Origin: Candidatus Jordarchaeales archaeon
GTDB lineage: Archaea; Asgardarchaeota; Jordiarchaeia; Jordiarchaeales; Freyrarchaeaceae
Reading direction: 5' to 3'
DNA: 32,000 nucleotides
NCBI GenBank assembly: GCA_038858525.1
Contig: JAWCFL010000002.1
Span: forward strand, 91,350 to 123,349
A program made the translations under genes and the position numbers. Shown piece after piece: positions 25,757-32,000 of the stretch; the stretch's first letter is position 1; the number at the start of each line of letters is the position of its first letter. Under the pieces are notes generated by a model. The model was given only the letters and a program-made list of their open reading frames with translations, did no database searches and had not been told where the DNA came from.

Positions 25757-27118
25757 ATGGTTTTGGAGGCGTTAGGTGAGGGGTTAAGGAACGCTATTAG
25801 TAAGCTTCTCCGCTCAACTGTTGCTGATAGGGAGACTGTTAGGGAGCTTGTAAGGGAGATTCAGCGCGTTTTGCTCTCTTCCGACGTTAATGTCGAGCTT
25901 GTGCTTCGTCTTTCAGAGAACATTGAGAGGAGGGCGTTTGAGGAGGAACTCCCCCCGGGCGTCAGTAGAAGGGAGCACATTGTCAAGATCGTTTACGAGG
26001 AGCTCGCGGAAATCCTTGGCAGCAAGCCGCGCGGCCTAAACATTAAGCCGGGACAATTAAACGTCATAATGCTCGTCGGGATACAAGGTTCAGGAAAAAC
26101 GACTACCGCAGCCAAGCTGGCTAGATACCTAGCTAAGCGCGGATTTAAGACGGGGCTTGTGTGCGCCGACACTTTCCGTCTAGGAGCATATGAGCAGCTC
26201 AGCCAGCTAGCTGACGCTGCAGGAATCCCGTTCTACGGCGACATTAAAAGCAAGAGTAGCGTCGATGTGGCTAAGAAGGGGATCGAGTATTTCCGGGGAA
26301 AGGGGTACGATGTGGTCATAGTTGACACTGCGGGCAGACATAAAAACGAGGCTGACCTAATGGAGGAAATGAAGGATATTGCCAGAGCGATCAAGCCCAC
26401 CGAGATAATGCTCGTCGTTGACGGGACATTAGGGCAGCAAGCCATGGCTCAGGCCAGAGCCTTCAAGGAAGCCACAGATGTAGGTTCGATAATCGTGACT
26501 AAGCTTGACGGGACTGCTAGGGGTGGAGGAGCTCTCTCAGCTGTAGCCGCAACAAGCGCGCCTATAAAGTTCATAGGAGTGGGGGAAAAGCTAGACGACA
26601 TAGAGGCATTCGACCCCGTCGGCTTCGTAGGCCGCCTCCTAGGAATGGGGGATTTACGGGCGCTTCTCGAGAAGGTGAGGGAAGCCGAGATCAAGCCTGA
26701 GAGGGAGGAAGCGTTAAGCCTGCTCACAGGGCGCTTCACGCTAAAGGATTTTTACAAGTGGATGGAGCAGGCTAGAAAAATGGGGCCAGTAGGTAAGCTC
26801 TTCGAGCTGATGGGGCTATCCAGTGTTCCGAAGGAACTTAGAGACGTCGCCGAGGCCAAGCTTGACAAGTGGAAGGTCATAATGCAGTCCATGACTATGG
26901 AGGAGCTGGAAGACCCCAAGATACTCAACAGGTCAAGAGTCAACAGAATAGCCAGAGGGTCCGGCACCACACCAAAGGAAGTAAAAGAGCTGGTAGACCA
27001 GTACTTCGCAGCCAAGAAAATGGTTAAAGCGCTAGGTAAAAGGAGGATGCGAGGAAAGGGGATGCCCATACGCGGCGTAACACCTGAACAACTGGAGAAG
27101 CTAGTGAGGAAGCTATGA
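25757..27118 (+). CDS. srp54: Signal recognition particle protein SRP54
   Basis: NG domain GIQGSGKTTT, DTFR, DTAGR, TKLDG.ARGGG, plus M domain. Confidence 0.97.
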   Translation: MVLEALGEGLRNAISKLLRSTVADRETVRELVREIQRVLLSSDVNVELVLRLSENIERRAFEEELPPGVSRREHIVKIVYEELAEILGSKPRGLNIKPGQLNVIMLVGIQGSGKTTTAAKLARYLAKRGFKTGLVCADTFRLGAYEQLSQLADAAGIPFYGDIKSKSSVDVAKKGIEYFRGKGYDVVIVDTAGRHKNEADLMEEMKDIARAIKPTEIMLVVDGTLGQQAMAQARAFKEATDVGSIIVTKLDGTARGGGALSAVAATSAPIKFIGVGEKLDDIEAFDPVGFVGRLLGMGDLRALLEKVREAEIKPEREEALSLLTGRFTLKDFYKWMEQARKMGPVGKLFELMGLSSVPKELRDVAEAKLDKWKVIMQSMTMEELEDPKILNRSRVNRIARGSGTTPKEVKELVDQYFAAKKMVKALGKRRMRGKGMPIRGVTPEQLEKLVRKL

Positions 27119-27681
27119 GACACTTCTACATCATACTGAACAGCATCCCTAAGTTCTCAAGGAAAAACGTCGACTGCGGAGATGTAAGCGACGACGTGGC
27201 TGAGCTCTGCTCCTGTATCAGAGCAGCCCTCTTCCTCTCCCACGACATAAGAAGAGACGTTAAAGTCCACCTAGTCCTCCTTGAAGAAAAAAGAGAAGTT
27301 GTAATCGATGGTGGAAGCATCAGGTATCTTTCCCCCGACGAAAGATCCATCTGTATGCTCCTGATCAAACTGAGCGAGAAGAGAGCCAGAAAACCCTGGA
27401 GAGGAGTTTACGTTAACGATCTCACATCTATCAGGGACGTTTTCTCACCGGACGCCTTAATCATCACGCCCAGTAAAAGCGGAGCCGACCTGCGGCAAGT
27501 GAAAAACTTAAAGGAGGTAGCAGTAATTATTCCATTGACTCCCTCAGACAATTGGATAGAACACCTAAATAATGCAAGAACACTGCACGTCAGAACATGG
27601 GGAAAGCTGCTTCCAAGCCACCTCATAACCATCCTGAACAACCAAATGGACTTAGCGGAGGAACAAAAATGTACCCCCTAA
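27115..27681 (+). CDS. trmY: TrmY-like SPOUT protein (tRNA pseudouridine-54 N1-methyltransferase family), divergent
   Basis: ALFLSHDIRRDV..HLVL, G..IRYL.PDERS, GV.V. Adjacent to pus10. SAM-binding knot looks degenerate. Confidence 0.75.
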   Translation: MRHFYIILNSIPKFSRKNVDCGDVSDDVAELCSCIRAALFLSHDIRRDVKVHLVLLEEKREVVIDGGSIRYLSPDERSICMLLIKLSEKRARKPWRGVYVNDLTSIRDVFSPDALIITPSKSGADLRQVKNLKEVAVIIPLTPSDNWIEHLNNARTLHVRTWGKLLPSHLITILNNQMDLAEEQKCTP

Positions 27682-29024
27682 AGAAAGCACTCGAAATCCT
27701 CGAGAAGACACCGCTATGTAACAGCTGCCTAGGCAGACAGTTCGCCCTCCTAGGAATGGGGTCAAACAACCCGAGCAGAGGACACGCCCTAAAACTAGTC
27801 CTCACAATGACAGCAGCATACACACTTAGAGAAAACCCTGATGAAGCAATAAGGATACTCAAAATCCTCGCCACTAACGGCATGTTTCAACCAGCAACTG
27901 AAACCCTACAAAAAGAAGGAATTGAACTCAAAGAGGAAACAAAGACATGCTACATATGCAGCGGACTCATGACGAAGAAAAAAGAGATAGCCGAGAAAAT
28001 CGTGTCCGCCCTTAAAAACTACGACTACAGAAGCTTCCTCATAGGATGCCACGTCCCTCCAAGCCTAACAGAAAAAGACGACGAACTCAAAGCGTCACAC
28101 CAAATAGACACAGGAGAATCAGTAAAAGCAGAGTTCAACAGAGAAGTGGGAAAACTCGTCTCAGCCATAACGGGAAAAACCGTCGACTTCAAAAACCCCG
28201 ACGTAGTCGCAGTAATAAACCTCGAAAACCTAGAAGTCACAGTCAACTCAAACCCAATATACATAGCAGGACGCTACCTCAAACACGTAAGAGGAATACC
28301 ACAAACAAGATGGCCCTGCAGAGCCTGCAAAGGAGAAGGATGCCCCCGCTGCAACGGCACCGGCAAAATGTACACCGAATCAATCGAAGAACTCGTACTC
28401 ACACCAATACTCGAAGAAACAGGAGGAGACGAAGGAAAATTCCACGGAGCAGGAAGAGAAGACATAGACGCAAGAATGCTCGGAACAGGCAGACCATTCA
28501 TAGTAGAAATAAAAAACCCAAAAAAACGCAACATAGACCTACAACAACTACAAGAAAAAATAAACACCCACGCCCAAGGAAAAGTAGAAGTCCACTCCCT
28601 ACACTTCGCAGTAAAAGAAAACGTAAGACAACTCAAAGCCCTATCACAATTCGCACCAAAAACGTACAGAGTAAAAGTCCAACTAGACAGAGAAGTAACC
28701 CCACAAGAACTCGAACAACTAGAAAAACAACTCACAGGACAAACAATAAGACAAAAAACCCCAAGAAGAGTAGCCCACAGAAGAGCAATAAAAACAAGAC
28801 TCAAAAAAGTATACCAAGTCCAAGCCAAACGGTTAGACGCGCGGACGATAGAGCTAATAGTAACATGTCAGGGCGGGCTCTACGTTAAAGAGTTAGTTAC
28901 AGGGGACAAAGGGAGAACACGGCCGAGCGTATCAGAGATACTACAAACAAAAGCATCATGCGAAACATTAGACGTGATCGATGTGGGTGCGCCATTGCCG
29001 CAAGAAATAGAGCAGCGACAATAA
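27669..29024 (+). CDS. pus10: tRNA pseudouridine(54/55) synthase Pus10
   Basis: LCNSCLGRQF, GRYLKHVRGIPQTRW, catalytic GREDIDARMLG.GRPF, TP.RV.HRR, GGLYVKEL..GD.GRT.PS. Start moved to ATG 27669. Confidence 0.96.
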   Translation: MYPLKKALEILEKTPLCNSCLGRQFALLGMGSNNPSRGHALKLVLTMTAAYTLRENPDEAIRILKILATNGMFQPATETLQKEGIELKEETKTCYICSGLMTKKKEIAEKIVSALKNYDYRSFLIGCHVPPSLTEKDDELKASHQIDTGESVKAEFNREVGKLVSAITGKTVDFKNPDVVAVINLENLEVTVNSNPIYIAGRYLKHVRGIPQTRWPCRACKGEGCPRCNGTGKMYTESIEELVLTPILEETGGDEGKFHGAGREDIDARMLGTGRPFIVEIKNPKKRNIDLQQLQEKINTHAQGKVEVHSLHFAVKENVRQLKALSQFAPKTYRVKVQLDREVTPQELEQLEKQLTGQTIRQKTPRRVAHRRAIKTRLKKVYQVQAKRLDARTIELIVTCQGGLYVKELVTGDKGRTRPSVSEILQTKASCETLDVIDVGAPLPQEIEQRQ

Positions 29025-29320
29025 TTCGCACGGAGGAACACGACACCCCTCACGTGACCCGCACAGCAGCCAAACTCTCACCCATTTTCCAGAGCTTTAA
29101 AGACCTCAACAGACATTCCCCTGGCCTAGCTTTCCGGTTTTTCTCGGCAAGAAGAGGGACGTATGCTCGCCGAGCAGCCAGCACCGCAAAGGAGACCACC
29201 AGACACCTTAAATACCACACAACCATACAACGCCCCACCCTAAACCCACCAGCACTCTACGTGAAACCGCCAACAACGCGCGAACTAGCCCCCTCCCTTT
29301 TCGCCGGGCCTCCCCTACGT

Positions 29321-31576
29321 CTAGTCCGCCCCCTCAAGCATTTTCGTCATGTACTCTACGTCCTCCCTCGGCAGCTTAGAGGACGCCGCCTCCAGAAGCA
29401 CAAGCTTCGCCTCTCTGCCAGCCAGCTCATCAATCATTGCGGGGAGGTACAACCTGAGCTTCTCGGGCGGCAGCACCTTCACCGCCACCCCAGCAACCTC
29501 AAGCTTCGCCCCATCTTCCTCCAGCTCGCCCATCACGTCAAGGATTTTGCGCGCCAGCTCCTTCAGCGGCAACCCCTCCGCAACCTTCTCCGCGACCACC
29601 CTCGCAACCTCTATCTTCGCCTCCTTGTCGGGCATTAGTCGTATCAGGTCGTCCGCTTTGGCTGCCAGCTCGTCCTTAGACAACTCCTTCATAATGGTCT
29701 TCGCTAATTCCATCTTCGCCTCCTTGTCGGGCATTAGTCGTATCAGGTCGTCCGCTTTGGCTGCCAGCTCGTCCTTAGACAACTCCTTCATAATGGTCTT
29801 CGCTAATTCCATCTTCGCCTCCTTGTCGGGCATTAGTCGTATCAGGTCGTCCGCTTTGGCTGCCAGCTCGTCCTTAGGCAGTTTGAGTGACACCTTCAAT
29901 ACGAGCTCCAGTCTCTTCTCCTCCGGAATTGGGAGCGTCATGTTGATGATTTCGTTTGCGAGCACTTCTGGCGGCAGCTTTTGCGCTAGCTCCATTGCCA
30001 GCTTCACGGCCTCCTCTATCCTCTCCTTCCGCATCATCAGCGTCTCTATTGCTAGGCGTGCCATCGCTGGGTTCCGCATGCAGCTTTCGAGGTAGTATTC
30101 ATATGGAAGCACGGGCCATCCCCTCTCCTCAATGTAGCGGGCACCCATCCCTAAATCCTTATCTATTTCGCAGAGTGCTATAAGGGCATCGCTGGCCCTT
30201 TTCCTCTGCCCCCACGTCCTCGGCATCCCCGCCATGACTGAAATTATTGTTGCGAGGGTGGACGCCAGGTCCCCCCTAGGCGCCCTCCAACAGTCCACTA
30301 TCATGATGGCTGCCTTCATGTCCTTCATCTCCGCCCACACCACGTAGTACCCGTTCTTCGGCTTGCCCCTGAGAGTTAAGGTTACGTCTCCGCTGGTGAT
30401 GGTGGCGCCGGGCTCCCGCCCGAAAAACTTCCTGAGGTCCTCGCTGAATGCGCCCGCGTTCAGCATGACTGGGATGACAGCGCAGCGCCCCAATCTCCTT
30501 CTGAGCCCCTCCACCCTCTCAACCATCTTCCCAACTTCGCCTGGGTCGAGCCTGTCGCTGAAGGTCTTGACCTCCAGCGCGAAGGCGAGCAGGCCGCCCT
30601 CCTCGAGCACCACCATCTCCCCCCTCGGGAGGAAGCCCCTAATAAAGTCAACCGTCTCCTTCGCTAGGCCACCCTCCTCAACACCCCCCAGCGACACTGT
30701 GAAGGTGAGGGCGTCAAGCCTCCTACCCCCCAGCTCGGTCCTCGTCTCAACCTCCTCACCACTCACCCCCCTAACCCTGAGAAATAGTTGGGCGATGCGG
30801 GTCATGAGAGTGTGAAGTGGAATCGCCCTCCTAGGTGTTCCCTCAACACTCCTCGCCTCCAGAATCATCCCCGGGTTCACCGCCGACGCAAAGGCTGCAG
30901 GCTTCAGCATCGCATCCCCCATCAAGTTATCCCCCTCCTCCTTAGAGCCTCGTAGTGCCAGCTCCACCCTCGTCACTCTCCTCGCGAGCTCCACACTCCC
31001 GGACAGAGCGGCAACCCTAAGTATGACTTCGCCCCTCAACCCCTTCTGATGCCCCATCAAGAACTCGTATAGCGGCTTAAGCCCCGCCGCATCGGCCACC
31101 CACGAAGTCAGTCCCCATACCTCACTCAACCTTCCCGCCACCTCCCTTACAGCCTCTGCATCTAAAAGCCTGTAGTTTGCCTTGGGATCTATGTTGACCT
31201 TGATGGAACCCCACGGGGCAACCAACTCCTCCGCGACACCAAACCTCATCCTCACAACAGCATCCGCAACCTTCCACTCCCCCTCGCCCTGCGGCCTCTC
31301 ACCCCTCAACGCCTCGAGCGCCAGCTTCAGCGCCAACTTAACATTCTCCGGGCTAACCCCTTCCACCGGCACGCCAGCCAACTCGCACGCCACCTCATGT
31401 GTGAGGGCCCCAACCAGGTGGAGCGCGCGAAAAAGCGCATTGTAATCAACGCCCATCTCCTCAGCCAGCCTACGCAAGCTCACCCCCCTCTCAGCCATCA
31501 CCCTGCACAACTCCTCTCTACCCCCCACCACGACAACCGACCCCTCCGCCCTCTTAGTCCGCTCCAGCTTAACCAT
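29321..31576 (-). CDS. Uncharacterised multidomain protein: two XRE/Cro-like HTH, PD-(D/E)xK nuclease-like domain, helical tandem repeats
   Basis: 751 codons open. HTH-like segments VSLRRLAEEMGVDYNALFR and WVADAAGLKPLYEFLMG. RLD(288)..ALEVK(335-337)..GAFSED. Three 33-aa repeats. Domain calls are by eye. Confidence 0.65.
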   Translation of the reverse strand: MVKLERTKRAEGSVVVVGGREELCRVMAERGVSLRRLAEEMGVDYNALFRALHLVGALTHEVACELAGVPVEGVSPENVKLALKLALEALRGERPQGEGEWKVADAVVRMRFGVAEELVAPWGSIKVNIDPKANYRLLDAEAVREVAGRLSEVWGLTSWVADAAGLKPLYEFLMGHQKGLRGEVILRVAALSGSVELARRVTRVELALRGSKEEGDNLMGDAMLKPAAFASAVNPGMILEARSVEGTPRRAIPLHTLMTRIAQLFLRVRGVSGEEVETRTELGGRRLDALTFTVSLGGVEEGGLAKETVDFIRGFLPRGEMVVLEEGGLLAFALEVKTFSDRLDPGEVGKMVERVEGLRRRLGRCAVIPVMLNAGAFSEDLRKFFGREPGATITSGDVTLTLRGKPKNGYYVVWAEMKDMKAAIMIVDCWRAPRGDLASTLATIISVMAGMPRTWGQRKRASDALIALCEIDKDLGMGARYIEERGWPVLPYEYYLESCMRNPAMARLAIETLMMRKERIEEAVKLAMELAQKLPPEVLANEIINMTLPIPEEKRLELVLKVSLKLPKDELAAKADDLIRLMPDKEAKMELAKTIMKELSKDELAAKADDLIRLMPDKEAKMELAKTIMKELSKDELAAKADDLIRLMPDKEAKIEVARVVAEKVAEGLPLKELARKILDVMGELEEDGAKLEVAGVAVKVLPPEKLRLYLPAMIDELAGREAKLVLLEAASSKLPREDVEYMTKMLEGAD
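29613..29877. repeat. Perfect 99-bp tandem repeat, about 2.7 copies
   Basis: Units start at 29613, 29712 and 29811 (atcttcgcctccttgtcggg...) and are identical as read. They encode KDELAAKADDLIRLMPDKEAKMELAKTIMKELS. Confidence 0.97.
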
Positions 31577-31579
31577 CCG

Positions 31580-31936
31580 CTAAAGGTCCTGCCCGAGCAC
31601 CTTCAAAATACGCCTCCAAACATACACCCTCACCCCCTTCCTCCCATCCAGAAACCAGTACAGGTGTCTTTCCCCCAAACCCACCTTTCCAGCTAGAGCC
31701 CTAACACTACCAAACCTCTCCTCCGCCCTCATCCGCACCACCCCCCCACCCTCCACCAGCCTCACCGTGGAGAAGTCATCAAATTCCACATCCACATCCC
31801 CAAGAAGCCTCCTCACCACCTCGGGAGCACAGGCTGGCAGACTAAACCTATAGAAAAGAGACTTCCTGTCATTTTTGCTCAACTTGTAACCCAACCTCCC
31901 AAGAGCCCTCTCAAGCTCCTCCTCCGAGACAAACCG

Positions 31937-31940
<4 letters not shown>
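31580..31940 (-). CDS. Partial HTH (XRE/Cro-like) protein, 5' end lost in the poly-C edge
   Basis: FGSVRALAGKVGLGERHLYWFLDGRKG..VWRRILKVL is HTH-like. The annotated MWAGGGG start derives from the homopolymer. Confidence 0.55.

Positions 31941-32000
<60 letters not shown>

Noticed and set aside
28046-28888. 280-aa Arg/Lys/Thr-rich ORF overlapping pus10
   Set aside because: Shadow frame left open by T-poor composition. pus10 explains the region.
29050-29238. 62-aa minus-strand ORF
   Set aside because: Short, with no recognisable motif or convincing SD.
29613-29877. Tandem repeat as a CRISPR array
   Set aside because: The units are contiguous and in frame with no unique spacers, and no cas genes are present.
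28958-30815. Plus-strand ORFs 28958-29638, 29349-30095 and 30363-30815
   Set aside because: Antisense shadows of the 751-aa gene, Ser/Pro-rich, with no SD or motifs.

Overview
Archaeal, probably thermophilic, core-genome window. It carries SAM/amino-acid metabolism (ahcY, metG, mtnA-like), a sugar-nucleotide cluster, hypC, a CYTH protein, an Fe-S protein pair, a small GTPase-RPA14-PCNA-priL-priS-GINS15 cluster, the rpl11-rpl1-rpl10-rpl12 operon, alaS, thiL and srp54-trmY-pus10. The Ras-superfamily small GTPase suggests an Asgard-type lineage (inference, not verifiable here). The clearest unusual signal is that all three tRNA genes are split by multiple bulge-helix-bulge (BHB) introns, mostly at non-canonical positions: tRNA-Ser(GGA) has 3, tRNA-Arg(TCT) has 3 and tRNA-Thr(CGT) has 2, with archease beside tRNA-Ser. 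The right end holds an uncharacterised, compositionally distinct locus: an HTH / PD-(D/E)xK nuclease-like / helical tandem-repeat protein, separated by one in-frame TAG from an upstream HTH ORF. The window ends in a poly-C run that is probably a sequencing artefact. No rRNA, CRISPR array, integrase or transposase was seen.
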